Assembly (NCBI GenBank): GCA_030698495.1 | Contig: JAUYKA010000008.1 | Span: forward strand, 78,895 to 142,894 | Direction of reading: 5' to 3' | Origin: a bacterium | GTDB taxonomy: Bacteria; Patescibacteriota; Andersenbacteria; UBA10190 | DNA: 64,000 bases | Shown: positions 38,128 to 47,925 of the stretch, one piece after another | Numbering within the stretch: the first letter of the stretch is position 1 | Layout: every line of letters begins with the position of its first letter | The notes under the pieces: model-generated | Seen by the model: only the letters and a program-made list of their open reading frames with translations | What the model was told of the DNA's origin: nothing | The model's database searches: none | Made by a program: the position numbers and the translations under genes

Positions 38128-39168
38128 ATGAATGAAACAATAAAGTTTAACGAAATAACCGCTTCTTTACTGGGAGTGCTGGACGCACGCTCTCAAGACA
38201 TATTAACGCGTCGTTATGGTTTGAACAGCGAGGAGAAAGAGACGCTGGAAAGCATTGGCCGCGAGTATGGCATTACCAGAGAAAGAGTGCGCCAACTGCA
38301 AACGCAGGCGAAAAAAGTGGTTATAGAGATGAAGGAAGCATATATGCCGGTTAGTGCTGTTTTTAATGAAGTATTCTCGCGCCACGGGGGTATTATGGTG
38401 GAATATTATGCCGTGAGTGTTCTTCGAGATTCAGCGCCTAGTGAAAAGCCCCGGTCAAATGTAGTATCGTTTTATTTGGACTTACTGCCTAATTTCGAGT
38501 ATGTCAGCCGTGATGCTGATTTTGTGCCTCATTGGCGGCATAATGCGTTGGTTAATGAGCGAGGAAGAGAAGCTGTGGCATGCGTTAAAGACATACTGCA
38601 AAAAGAGAAACATCCTATTGGCGAAGATGAATTGGTGCGAAAAGTCAGACAGGAAGGGTTATGGGAGGAAAGTGTCTTACCCCAAGATCATTTAATGGCG
38701 CAGTTATCGGCCAGCAAGCTTATTCGTAAAACTCCGTTTGGCGAGTGGGGTCTGGAAGATTGGCCGGAGACAAGTCCGCGCGGTGTCGGTGATAAGGCAT
38801 ACGCGGTATTGAGACGTCACGGAGAGCCGGAGCATTTTACCAGAATTTCAGAGATGATAAACGAAGCTAATTTTGATCACAAGCGCGCGAATGCCCAGAC
38901 GGTTCATAATGAATTGATTAAGGATGATCGCTTTGTCCTGGTCGGGCGCGGGTTATATGGTTTGAAAGAGTGGGGGTATGTTCCCGGTACCGTAGCCGAC
39001 GTGATCGAATCCTTACTTAAAGAAGCGGGAAAACCGTTGTCACGGGAAGAAGTTATTGACCGCGTACTGGCTCAACGACAGGTAAAAAAGAACACTATTG
39101 TGTTGGGTTTGCAAAACAGTGACAGATTTGTCCGAACCGACGACAGCCGATATACAGCGAAAGGATAG
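38128..39168 (+). CDS. Sigma-70 region 4 HTH plus C-terminal winged-HTH (HARE-HTH/RpoE-like) domains protein
   Basis: 'ILTRRYGL...ETLESIGREYGITRERVRQL'; 'HNELIKDDRFVLVGRGLYGLKEWG'. Confidence 0.8.
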   Translation: MNETIKFNEITASLLGVLDARSQDILTRRYGLNSEEKETLESIGREYGITRERVRQLQTQAKKVVIEMKEAYMPVSAVFNEVFSRHGGIMVEYYAVSVLRDSAPSEKPRSNVVSFYLDLLPNFEYVSRDADFVPHWRHNALVNERGREAVACVKDILQKEKHPIGEDELVRKVRQEGLWEESVLPQDHLMAQLSASKLIRKTPFGEWGLEDWPETSPRGVGDKAYAVLRRHGEPEHFTRISEMINEANFDHKRANAQTVHNELIKDDRFVLVGRGLYGLKEWGYVPGTVADVIESLLKEAGKPLSREEVIDRVLAQRQVKKNTIVLGLQNSDRFVRTDDSRYTAKG

Positions 39169-39239
39169 ACATTAGTAAATAGCAAGAGACGACCAACAGA
39201 CTGCAGACTAACGGCTGCAGTCTGTTGTATAATACCGAC

Positions 39240-40517
39240 ATGATATTCCTTTGGACCGCATTGGCACAATTGGGCGGTGTTATTGTCGCCTGGGGATGGC
39301 TGCTATTTTTGTTTTTGGCTTTATGGGTAGCCTGGGAGACTTATTTGTTTATCAAGCACGTTGATTATACTAATGCAATTAAGTGGACCTTTCTGGAAAT
39401 AACGGTGCCGGAGGATACACCGCAGACACCGAAGGCGATGGAGAATGCTTTTGATGTGTGGGGCGGTATTCATAAAGATCCGGATTTGATTGAAAAATAT
39501 TTTGAGGGATATTTTCTGGCTTGGTATTCCTGCGAGATTCAGTGCAAGCGAGATCAAGTACGTTATATTCTGGTGGTACCGACAGTGCACGCCAAATTTT
39601 TTGAAGGAGTAGTTTACGGACAATACTCGGCGGCACATGTTACGGAAGTAGAAGATTACACGCAGGAATATTCTTTTCGCGATTTGGAAAAAAAATATGA
39701 TTTATATGGCACGGAGATTGTGCTGGTTAAAGACGATTACTATCCGATTCGAACTTACCGCGAATACGAAGACACTTTTGCGGAAGATGATAAGTACGTT
39801 GATCCGCATCAGGCCCTAATTGAGGCGTACACGAATATTGGTGAAGGAGAGCAGTTTTGGGTACAAGTGCTGGTTAAGCCGGTGGCGGGGGATGACATAC
39901 AGAAGTGGGCGGATAAGGGGCAGGATAAAATTGCGGAAATTTCCGGGCAAAAGAAAGAAGTGCCGGAAGGAATTTGGGCGCAATTAAGTGGTTTACTGAC
40001 TAAGCTGCCGGGAGAGATCCTGGGGGCGTTCGTTAACGGTCCGACAACCCCGGAGGATAAGAAGAAAGAAGCGCTGGAACTGCGTTTTCATAATCCGGCG
40101 CAAGACGCGGAAATGAAGGGGATACTGCTAAAGGTATCGCATTCGGCATATAAGACTAAGCTCCGGTTGATTTACATTGCGCCAGTGGGAAAGCTGGATA
40201 AACCCAGTATTTCTAAAGCAATCGGCGTGTTTAAACAGTTTAATACTTTTCATCTTAATTCTTTAAAGCCGGATCCGGCGACGAAAACTAACGGGCCGAA
40301 TTATGTGCTGAAACAATCGCGCCGACACTTCCGTAAAAAATCGGTGCTGCTGAACTATCAATGGCGAGATTTTTGGGGAGATGAGAGCGGACAAATGTTG
40401 GTGGCGGAAGAGTTGGCGACGTTGTATCATTTGCCGGTTAAGTACCTAAAGTCGCCGGTCGTACGTCATTCTCCTTCCGGCTTAGGCAGCCCGCCGGATA
40501 ATTTACCTTACGTCTAA
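39240..40517 (+). CDS. Hypothetical membrane-anchored protein, partner of downstream VirD4-like ATPase
   Basis: N-terminal TM, 'LEITVP', 'EELATLYHLP', 'PPDNLP'; ATG 6 nt after TATAAT. Confidence 0.7.
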   Translation: MIFLWTALAQLGGVIVAWGWLLFLFLALWVAWETYLFIKHVDYTNAIKWTFLEITVPEDTPQTPKAMENAFDVWGGIHKDPDLIEKYFEGYFLAWYSCEIQCKRDQVRYILVVPTVHAKFFEGVVYGQYSAAHVTEVEDYTQEYSFRDLEKKYDLYGTEIVLVKDDYYPIRTYREYEDTFAEDDKYVDPHQALIEAYTNIGEGEQFWVQVLVKPVAGDDIQKWADKGQDKIAEISGQKKEVPEGIWAQLSGLLTKLPGEILGAFVNGPTTPEDKKKEALELRFHNPAQDAEMKGILLKVSHSAYKTKLRLIYIAPVGKLDKPSISKAIGVFKQFNTFHLNSLKPDPATKTNGPNYVLKQSRRHFRKKSVLLNYQWRDFWGDESGQMLVAEELATLYHLPVKYLKSPVVRHSPSGLGSPPDNLPYV

Positions 40518-40527
40518 CGGTTCTTTT

Positions 40528-42267
40528 ATGCCCGAAGACAGTGAAAATGAAATAAACATTTTAGGCCAGACTAATTTTCGCGGTCAGCACCGGCAGTTTG
40601 GCATTTATCCCGATGATAGGCGCCGACATGTTTACGTGGTTGGGAAAACGGGAGTGGGCAAGTCCACCCTGTTGGAAAACATGATTGCGCAGGACATTAT
40701 TCATAACAAGGGGGTTTGTCTGGTTGATCCGCACGGGGATACGGTGGAACGTCTGCTTAACGCGGTGCCGCCGAGCCGGATTAACGACGTGGTGTATTTT
40801 GATCCGTCCGATGTGGATTGGCCGGTGGCATTTAATGTACTGGAGGCAGTAGATCCGGCTTATAAATATCTGGTGGCGTCGGGGCTAGTCAGCTCGTTGA
40901 AGAAAATGTGGGCGGATTCCTGGGGGCCGCGGCTGGAGTATATTTTGCGCAATACGATTTTAGCGTTACTGGATTATCCTTCCAGCACAATTTTGGGTAT
41001 TCTGCGCATGCTTTCCGATAAGACTTACCGCAAAAAAGTGGTTGATAAAATTTCCGATCCGGTAGTGAAGAGTTTTTGGACAAATGAATTCGCCAATTAT
41101 AACGAGCGCTTCCGCACGGAAGCTATTTCGCCTATTCAGAACAAAGTGGGTCAGTTGTTAAGCTCGGCGATTATCAGAAATATCGTGGCGCAACCCAAGA
41201 GCACTATTGATATGAAGGATATCATGGACAATGGCAAGATTTTACTGGTCAATATGTCAAAAGGAAAAATCGGTGAGGATAATTCCGGTTTGCTGGGAGC
41301 AATGATTATTAATCGGATTCAGCTGGCGGCCATGGACAGAGCCAGCATCCCCGAAGAAGAAAGGCGAGACTTTTACCTGTACGTGGATGAGTTCCAAAAC
41401 TTTGCCACGGAGTCTTTCGCGGATATTTTATCGGAAGCCAGAAAATACCGGCTGAATTTGACGGTGGCGCATCAATATATCGCGCAGATGGAAGAAGAAG
41501 TGACTGATGCCGTTTTCGGCAACGTCGGGACGATTGTCGCCTTTCGTGTAGGCGCGGCCGATGCTGAGTATTTAGAACAAGAATTCGCGCCAGTGTTTAC
41601 CCAAACCGATTTGGTTAACCTGGATAAATATAACGCTTATTTAAAATTAATGATAAACGGCATTAGCAGTAAGCCTTTTAGTATGCAGGCACTGCCGCCG
41701 GTGATGGAAAACTTCGGCAAAGGAGAAGTGGTAAGAATGGTGTCGCGCGAGCGTTTTGGCCATAAAAGGGAGATCGTGGAGGATAAGATCAGGCGCTGGA
41801 GCGGTATAGTACTGGGTGAGGCCGGAGAAGAACAAAGTGCACCGCAATATTCACCGCGATCATACAGCGGCGGCGAAAGAAGACCGGGACGCGGCCGACA
41901 AACGTCGACAGAAAGGCATGAGGCTAGGCAAGCGCCAGCGCAAATTAACAAGGAACAGTTGGCAGATGTGGTGCTGCCTATTTCGGCTAAACCAATTACG
42001 GATTTGGCGGCGGTGTTATCGCAGGGGCCGAACACAAGCAGTTCGACGCGAAGAGGCAGCGCGCGCGGTTTTGAAGTGATATGTCGCCGATGCGGCAAGA
42101 AGACCGAGGTGCCTTTTGATCCTGATCCGGCCAAGCCGGTTTATTGTAAGGAATGTTTCCAAATCGTAAGGCAAGAAAAAGCGGGGGAACGAGAGCGGAA
42201 AGTAAATACGGTTGACGCCAGGGTATCTAAACGATTTAGCGGTCCGCAACCGCCGGCATTGCCATGA
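40528..42267 (+). CDS. VirD4/TraG/HerA-like P-loop ATPase with C-terminal CxxC-x17-CxxC domain
   Basis: Walker A 'GKTGVGKS', 'DPHGD', Walker B 'LYVDEFQN', 'SEARKY', 'AHQYIAQ'; tail 'CRRCGKKTEVPFDPDPAKPVYCKEC'. Confidence 0.88.
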   Translation: MPEDSENEINILGQTNFRGQHRQFGIYPDDRRRHVYVVGKTGVGKSTLLENMIAQDIIHNKGVCLVDPHGDTVERLLNAVPPSRINDVVYFDPSDVDWPVAFNVLEAVDPAYKYLVASGLVSSLKKMWADSWGPRLEYILRNTILALLDYPSSTILGILRMLSDKTYRKKVVDKISDPVVKSFWTNEFANYNERFRTEAISPIQNKVGQLLSSAIIRNIVAQPKSTIDMKDIMDNGKILLVNMSKGKIGEDNSGLLGAMIINRIQLAAMDRASIPEEERRDFYLYVDEFQNFATESFADILSEARKYRLNLTVAHQYIAQMEEEVTDAVFGNVGTIVAFRVGAADAEYLEQEFAPVFTQTDLVNLDKYNAYLKLMINGISSKPFSMQALPPVMENFGKGEVVRMVSRERFGHKREIVEDKIRRWSGIVLGEAGEEQSAPQYSPRSYSGGERRPGRGRQTSTERHEARQAPAQINKEQLADVVLPISAKPITDLAAVLSQGPNTSSSTRRGSARGFEVICRRCGKKTEVPFDPDPAKPVYCKECFQIVRQEKAGERERKVNTVDARVSKRFSGPQPPALP

Positions 42268-42338
42268 TTTTGGTATTGTGTATGTAGTATACTGTATTTG
42301 GTTTTTGGCAATACGCACGTTGTGTTATAATTATTTGA

Positions 42339-43025
42339 ATGAGGACAAGTAATCCTAACGAAAAATTGGTAGTTGATAAGCCGTTTGATTTTGCGGAGGA
42401 CGCTAATTGGCGAATTTTTCGTATAATGGCGGAGTTCATCGAGGGGTTTGAGTTCTTGGCGCCGTTACGCAAGGAAGTGACTTTTTTTGGATCAGCAAGG
42501 CTCAAAGAAGATTCGTATTGGTACAAACAAGCGCAACGGCTTGGTTATTTATTGGGTAAGAATGGTTTTACGGTAGTTACCGGTGGGGGGCCGGGGATAA
42601 TGGAAGCGGGTAACCGGGGCGCTTACGAAGCGGACGGACAGTCTATTGGGCTAGATATTGAACTGCCGACAGAACAAAGGCGCAATCCTTACATACGCAA
42701 AGGAATAGGTTTCCATTATTTCTTTACCAGAAAAGTAATGCTGTCGGCTTCAGCGCAAGCTTATGTGTTTTTTCCGGGAGGATTCGGTACGTTGGATGAG
42801 TTTTTCGAAATGGTGACGCTGCAGCAGACAAAGAAGATGGAGAACGTGCCAATTGTTTGCGTGGGACATGATTTTTGGGAGGGGTTAGATGACTGGGTGA
42901 AGAAAAATTTGGTTGAGAAATATAAAACGATTAATAGTGATGACAGCTCAATATATACGGTGGTAGATTCGGCAGAAGAAGCATTTGCTATTATCAAAGA
43001 CACAAAGGAGCGGAAGTATTTCTGA
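42339..43025 (+). CDS. LOG family nucleotide phosphoribohydrolase (TIGR00730-like)
   Basis: 'TFFGSAR', 'TGGGPGIMEAGNRGA', 'RKVML', 'PGGFGTLDE'. Confidence 0.93.
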   Translation: MRTSNPNEKLVVDKPFDFAEDANWRIFRIMAEFIEGFEFLAPLRKEVTFFGSARLKEDSYWYKQAQRLGYLLGKNGFTVVTGGGPGIMEAGNRGAYEADGQSIGLDIELPTEQRRNPYIRKGIGFHYFFTRKVMLSASAQAYVFFPGGFGTLDEFFEMVTLQQTKKMENVPIVCVGHDFWEGLDDWVKKNLVEKYKTINSDDSSIYTVVDSAEEAFAIIKDTKERKYF

Positions 43026-43029
43026 TCAG

Positions 43030-43115
43030 CGAGATAAGATATATAAGCCAGATAAGTCAATAAGCTGATAAGTTCTTATCTTGCTGATTTAGCTTATCTT
43101 GCTTATCTTACTGAT
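43030..43115. repeat. 9-nt periodic imperfect inverted repeat (ATAAG family)
   Basis: agataagat-atataagcc-agataagtc-aataagctgataag followed by cttatc repeats. Confidence 0.8.
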
Positions 43116-43121
43116 ATACAT

Positions 43122-44993
43122 ATGAGTGCAAGAATATCTAGCAACGACCTACGAACAAAATATCTGGATTTTTTTGCTAGTAAAGGGCATAAGGTAATTG
43201 CCTCGGCGCCGCTAGTGCCGGAAAATGATCCGACGACTTTGTTCACCGGTTCGGGTATGCAGCCGATGGTGCCGTATTTATTGGGACAAAGACACCCTTT
43301 GGGTAATCGGATAGTTGACGTGCAAAAATGTTTTCGGGCGGTTGATATCGATGAAATTGGCGATAATCGCCATACTTCTTTTTTCGAAATGTTAGGCAAT
43401 TGGTCTCTGGGTGATTATTTCAAAAAAGAACAAATTCCTTGGGTGCTGGAATTTTTAACGGAGGTATTGGGTTTAAATGCCAATCAGTTATACGTCACAG
43501 TTTTTCGCGGACGAGAAGATTTGAATATTCCCCGGGATGAGGTCAGTGCCGATATTTGGCGCGATGTTTTTCAGAAGAAGAGAATAGACGCTAAGGTGGT
43601 AGATTGGCCGGAAAAAGACGGGTTGCAAGGAGGGCGTATATTTTATTATGACGAAACAAAGAATTGGTGGAGCCGGTCGGGCGCACCAGCTGATATGCCG
43701 GTTAATGAGCTGGGCGGACCGGATAGCGAAATTTTTTGGGATTTTGGCGAAAATTTAGGTTTGCACGAAAAGTCGCCGTGGAAAGATAAGCCGTGTCATG
43801 TTAATTGTGATTGCGGTCGGTTTTTGGAGATTGGCAACAGTGTGTTTATGGAGTTTATTAAAACGGATAAAGGGTTCGCCGGCTTACCGCAAAAGAATAT
43901 AGATTTTGGCGGCGGTCTGGAAAGAGTGGCGGCGGCGTTAAATGATAATCCTGATATTTTTAAAATTGATTTGTTTGCCGATATCATTGCCTATGTTCAG
44001 GAGAAGAGTGGAGAAATATACGGACAAGATATTGAGTTGACAAATGCTTTTCGGGTAATTGCCGATCATGCGCGCGCAGTGACATTTTTAATTGCCGACG
44101 GGGCGGTGCCGGCTAATAAAGATCAGGGTTATTTTACACGCCGCTTGATCAGGCGAGCGGTTAGGTTTGGTTATACCCTTGGTTTGGAGGATCGTTTTCT
44201 GGCTGATATTGCCCGGATTATTAGCCGACAATACGAGAACGTATATCCGGCCATAGAGAAAAATATTGATGTTATTGCCGCCGAGATTACAAACGAAGAA
44301 AATAAATTTCGCAAAACATTAAAGTCAGGGCTGGAAAAGATCGAACAGTATTTGCAAAATACGGATAATATTAACGGGAAGCAGGCGTTTGAAATGTATG
44401 CCACTTTCGGGTTTCCGATAGAGATGTTGGTGGAAGAAGCGGTGGAGCGAGGATGCCAGGTTGATATTGACGGGTTTAAAAAAGAACTGAACAAACACAG
44501 GGATTTATCACGGACGGCCAGCGCGGGTAAATTCAAGGGCGGCTTGGCTGATCATGGCGAGATGACAGTAAAATATCATACGGCAACACATTTATTGCAC
44601 CAATCTTTGCGAACGGTACTCGGAGATCAGGTTGAGCAAAGAGGAAGCAATATCACGGCCGAGCGTTTGCGTTTTGATTTTTCTTATCCTAATAAGTTGA
44701 ACAACGATCAGTTGGCCGGGGTAGAGACTTTGGTAAACGAGAAAATTCAAGACGATTTGCCCGTTCAAAAAGAGGAGGTGACGGTAGCGGAAGCAAAAGA
44801 AGCGGGGGCGATCGGGTTGTTCGCGGCTAAATACGGAGAGAAGGTGAGTGTTTATTCAATCGGAGATTTTTCCCGGGAAATTTGTGGGGGACCGCACGTA
44901 GAGCGCACGGGGATGTTGGGACGTTTTAAGGTTATAAAGGAAGAGTCTGCCGGGGCGGGGGTACGACGGATAAAGGCAGTGCTAAAAAACTAA
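43122..44993 (+). CDS. alaS: Alanine--tRNA ligase (short form)
   Basis: 'DPTTLFTGSGMQP', 'HTSFFEMLGNWSLGDYFK', 'DFGGGLER', editing 'HTATHLLH' and 'CGGPH', ends after 'GVRRIKA'. Confidence 0.97.
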   Translation: MSARISSNDLRTKYLDFFASKGHKVIASAPLVPENDPTTLFTGSGMQPMVPYLLGQRHPLGNRIVDVQKCFRAVDIDEIGDNRHTSFFEMLGNWSLGDYFKKEQIPWVLEFLTEVLGLNANQLYVTVFRGREDLNIPRDEVSADIWRDVFQKKRIDAKVVDWPEKDGLQGGRIFYYDETKNWWSRSGAPADMPVNELGGPDSEIFWDFGENLGLHEKSPWKDKPCHVNCDCGRFLEIGNSVFMEFIKTDKGFAGLPQKNIDFGGGLERVAAALNDNPDIFKIDLFADIIAYVQEKSGEIYGQDIELTNAFRVIADHARAVTFLIADGAVPANKDQGYFTRRLIRRAVRFGYTLGLEDRFLADIARIISRQYENVYPAIEKNIDVIAAEITNEENKFRKTLKSGLEKIEQYLQNTDNINGKQAFEMYATFGFPIEMLVEEAVERGCQVDIDGFKKELNKHRDLSRTASAGKFKGGLADHGEMTVKYHTATHLLHQSLRTVLGDQVEQRGSNITAERLRFDFSYPNKLNNDQLAGVETLVNEKIQDDLPVQKEEVTVAEAKEAGAIGLFAAKYGEKVSVYSIGDFSREICGGPHVERTGMLGRFKVIKEESAGAGVRRIKAVLKN

Positions 44994-45107
44994 AAACGTA
45001 AAGCGTAAAACTCAAAACAACAACGAAAAAGTAAAAATATTCAGTGGCCGATATATGGAGTTTTTAGTGGTTATTTTAGTTTGAAGTTTTTCGTTTTAAG
45101 TTTAAGT
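44984..45107. repeat. 7-nt periodic imperfect inverted repeat (A-tract family)
   Basis: aaactaa-aaacgta-aagcgta-aaactca-aaacaacaacgaaaaagtaaaaa ... tttttcgttttaagtttaag. Confidence 0.82.
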
Positions 45108-45129
45108 GATTTGTCTATATACTTAGGTT

Positions 45130-46479
45130 ATGCGAGATATACGACCACAGGGGCCGCGACGGCGGCCAAACAGAATGATACCGCCCCCAGCGGGCGAAGC
45201 TATGTTTGCGGTGCCAAAGGCTAAATTGCCGGGCGCGAGAGTACCGATCGCCAATGTGCAGGTGCCCAAGCCGTCTATTAGTCGTCCGTCGATACCGGGC
45301 GGCGGCGGACCGGGCCAACTGCGCTCCAGTGGAAAGATAAGGTTGGGCCAGAGAGAGAAAACGGTGGTGGCCGTAATTGTCGGTTTGGCTATTATAGCCA
45401 GCTTGATTGGTGTTATTATTTTTTTGCCAACAGCCAGAATAGAGCTGTCGCTAAAAACGGCGCCGCTTTTAGTTGACGAGAAGATGATAATTAAGGCGCA
45501 GGCTGATAGTCAGTCTAACGAGGTTCCCGGAACGGCTTTTTTTAGAGAAGTAACGGTTGACGGTTCGAGCCCGGTGCAAAGTACGGAAGTAATAGGAAGT
45601 AAAGCGGCCGGGGAAGTATATTTAGTAAACAGAAGTTTCGACGAACAGAAGATTAAGGAGAACAGCAGGCTGGTAACCAAGGACGATCAATTATTTTACA
45701 TGAAGCAGGCAGTGACTATTCCGGCCGCTACCAGCGGCGGTCTGGCGCGCGTGCCGGTAACAGTAGAGGCGGCAGAGGCCGGGGAGGCGGGCAATATCGA
45801 AGCGCAGCGGTTGGATTTCGCGGCTCTGCCGGAGGCGGCACAAGCGCTGGTTTATGCCGAGGCAGATAAGCCGCTGGATGGCGGGAGAGGTGACGAGGTT
45901 AAAGTTATTAAAGATGCCGACCTGGAAGCGGCTAAGAAAACCGCGGGACAGCAAGCACGGGATCAGGTGGAGCAGGAAATCCGCGATCAACTACCCAAAG
46001 GATGGACAATAATGGAAGAAAGCTGGACAGTGGATCTGGAATCTTTTGATACGGAAGCAAAAACCGATAGCCGACAGGAGACCGTGTCATATCAGGCAAG
46101 AGCGGCGGTACATGTGTTTGGTTATGAAGGGGCCAAGTTAGAGAATAAATTAAAGGATGCCTTGACAGCACGCTTGGATGAACAATATATGCTGTTCCCG
46201 GGGCCAATTTCTTACACGAAAAGCGTAGAGAACATTGACTGGGAAGTTGGTGAGGCTGATATATCAGCACGCGTGACGCACACTACCGTCCCCAAAATAT
46301 CACTGGATGTTTTGCGGGAAAAGCTAGCCGGCCGATCAAAAAGTGAAACGAAACAATACCTAGAGGGATTAACGGGGGTGCAGTCGGCGCAGATTGATTT
46401 GTGGCCGTTTTGGGTGAATGTCGTGCCGAGAATAGCCAATCGAATCAATATCGATTTACAGCCAGATAGGCAACCGTAG
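45130..46479 (+). CDS. Membrane-anchored hypothetical protein, baseplate-J-like segment
   Basis: Pro/Arg-rich N-terminus, single TM ending 'FLPTA', 'KAAGEVYLVN', 'VEAAEAGEAGNI', 'GG..EVKVI...D', 'LWPFWV'. Confidence 0.6.
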   Translation: MRDIRPQGPRRRPNRMIPPPAGEAMFAVPKAKLPGARVPIANVQVPKPSISRPSIPGGGGPGQLRSSGKIRLGQREKTVVAVIVGLAIIASLIGVIIFLPTARIELSLKTAPLLVDEKMIIKAQADSQSNEVPGTAFFREVTVDGSSPVQSTEVIGSKAAGEVYLVNRSFDEQKIKENSRLVTKDDQLFYMKQAVTIPAATSGGLARVPVTVEAAEAGEAGNIEAQRLDFAALPEAAQALVYAEADKPLDGGRGDEVKVIKDADLEAAKKTAGQQARDQVEQEIRDQLPKGWTIMEESWTVDLESFDTEAKTDSRQETVSYQARAAVHVFGYEGAKLENKLKDALTARLDEQYMLFPGPISYTKSVENIDWEVGEADISARVTHTTVPKISLDVLREKLAGRSKSETKQYLEGLTGVQSAQIDLWPFWVNVVPRIANRINIDLQPDRQP

Positions 46480-46493
46480 GGCGAAATTAACTC

Positions 46494-46531
46494 CCGTGCC
46501 CAGCCGTCGCTAAAGCTATGGCCGGCACGGC
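46494..46531. repeat. REP-like hairpin repeat (second copy at 26694..26727)
   Basis: CCAGCCGTCGCTAAAGCTATGGCCGGCACGGC vs CCAGCCGTCGCTCACGAGCTATGGCCGGCAAGGC. Confidence 0.8.
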
Positions 46532-46738
46532 GCGCACTAAGGCTGTTGGCCTAAAAATTTGGGCAATTCGCATTCTTAAAAGAGGAGGTGAAACGAGGGA
46601 GGGATTGACAGGAAACGGGGGGTATATTATACATAAATAAGCGTGCATGGCTAGATCTCGGGAATGCAGATGCTCGGTTTTTTTAGGTATATCCCGTTCT
46701 ATCGCGCAGGCGCGCGGTTTATTTTTTATCTAGTATTT

Positions 46739-46957
46739 TTGTCAAAACAAGATTACGTGGAGATAGAGGGGGAAGTGTTGGAGAATCTTCCTAATACCCA
46801 GTTTAGGGTTAAGTTGGATTCGGGACAGGAAATAATTGCCCATTTAAGCGGGAAAATGCGGGTGCATCGGATTAGAGTTTTGCCCGGAGATAGGGTAAAA
46901 GTGGCGATGTCTCCTTATGATTTAAGCAAAGGCCGCATTGTTCTAAGAATGGAATAA
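46739..46957 (+). CDS. infA: Translation initiation factor IF-1
   Basis: TTG start; '[25 protein letters not shown]', 'HLSGKMR', '[16 protein letters not shown]'. Confidence 0.96.
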   Translation: MSKQDYVEIEGEVLENLPNTQFRVKLDSGQEIIAHLSGKMRVHRIRVLPGDRVKVAMSPYDLSKGRIVLRME

Positions 46958-46972
46958 TCTAATAAAACAGTA

Positions 46973-47086
46973 ATGAAGGTAAGAGCATCCGTTAAAAAAA
47001 TATGTGCTAAGTGCAAAGTTATTCGCCGTAAGGGGCGGGTGAGGGTTATTTGTGAAAACCCAAAACATAAACAGCGGCAAGGATAG
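46973..47086 (+). CDS. rpmJ: 50S ribosomal protein L36 (zinc-binding form)
   Basis: Not in ORF track; hand-translated [37 protein letters not shown]. Confidence 0.97.
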   Translation: MKVRASVKKICAKCKVIRRKGRVRVICENPKHKQRQG

Positions 47087-47133
47087 AAGATCAATTTTCA
47101 ATTATCAATTTCCAATTTCCAAACATTAAGAAT

Positions 47134-47526
47134 ATGCCAATACGTATCAGCGGAATAAATTTACCAGATCAAAAGAGAGTGGTGATAGGCTTGACCAGTG
47201 TTTATGGTATTGGACGGCCTTTAAGCGCCAGGATTTTAAAGTTGTTGGGAATTGACGAGAATACAAAAACTAAGGAGTTAACAGCTGGCGAAGAACAAAA
47301 ATTGCGTGAGTATATTGAGCGCAATGTAAAGGTGGAAGGCGAATTAAGGCGCGAAGTGAGTATGAATATCCGTCGTTTAAAGGATGTGGGCAGCTACCGA
47401 GGCAGCCGACATATCAAAAAATTACCGGTGCACGGGCAACGCACAAAAAGTAATTCACGTACTGTCCGAGGGAATGTGCGGCGTACAGCGGGCAGCGGAC
47501 GAAAATCAGCTAGCGAGAAAACATAA
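47134..47526 (+). CDS. rpsM: 30S ribosomal protein S13
   Basis: 'RISGINLP', 'YGIG', 'SYRGSRH..KLPVHGQRTKSNSRT'. Confidence 0.97.
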   Translation: MPIRISGINLPDQKRVVIGLTSVYGIGRPLSARILKLLGIDENTKTKELTAGEEQKLREYIERNVKVEGELRREVSMNIRRLKDVGSYRGSRHIKKLPVHGQRTKSNSRTVRGNVRRTAGSGRKSASEKT

Positions 47527-47529
47527 TCT

Positions 47530-47925
47530 ATGACAGCGGAAAAAACAACAACGAAGAAAAAAAGTAAAAAAATTCGCAAGGTGCGCGAAGGGAGAGTTTA
47601 TATTCGCTCAACTTATAACAATACCCAAATAAGCGTTACGGACGCGGCGGGGAATGTATTGGTTTGGAGCAGTGCCGGCCGAGCCGGTTTTAACGGCGCT
47701 AGAAAATCAACTCCTTACGCGGCACAGAGAGTTATCGCTGATGCGATGGAGCGTTTAAAGCCGTTTGGTATGGAAGAAGCAAGGATTTACGTCAAGGGGA
47801 TTGGCAGTGCACGCGAGTCGGCAGTAAGGGCACTGGCGGCAGCGGGTTTATCGATTACATCAATTCGCGACATGACGCCGATTCCGCACAATGGCGTGCG
47901 GGCACCGAAGCGGCGGCGAGTCTAA
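47530..47925 (+). CDS. rpsK: 30S ribosomal protein S11
   Basis: 'STYNNT', 'RKSTPYAA', 'TPIPHNG.R.PKRRRV'. Confidence 0.97.
   Translation: MTAEKTTTKKKSKKIRKVREGRVYIRSTYNNTQISVTDAAGNVLVWSSAGRAGFNGARKSTPYAAQRVIADAMERLKPFGMEEARIYVKGIGSARESAVRALAAAGLSITSIRDMTPIPHNGVRAPKRRRV

Noticed and set aside
46578-46592. Strong SD-like AGAGGAGGTGA upstream of the infA promoter
   Set aside because: No suitably spaced start codon with an open frame follows it.
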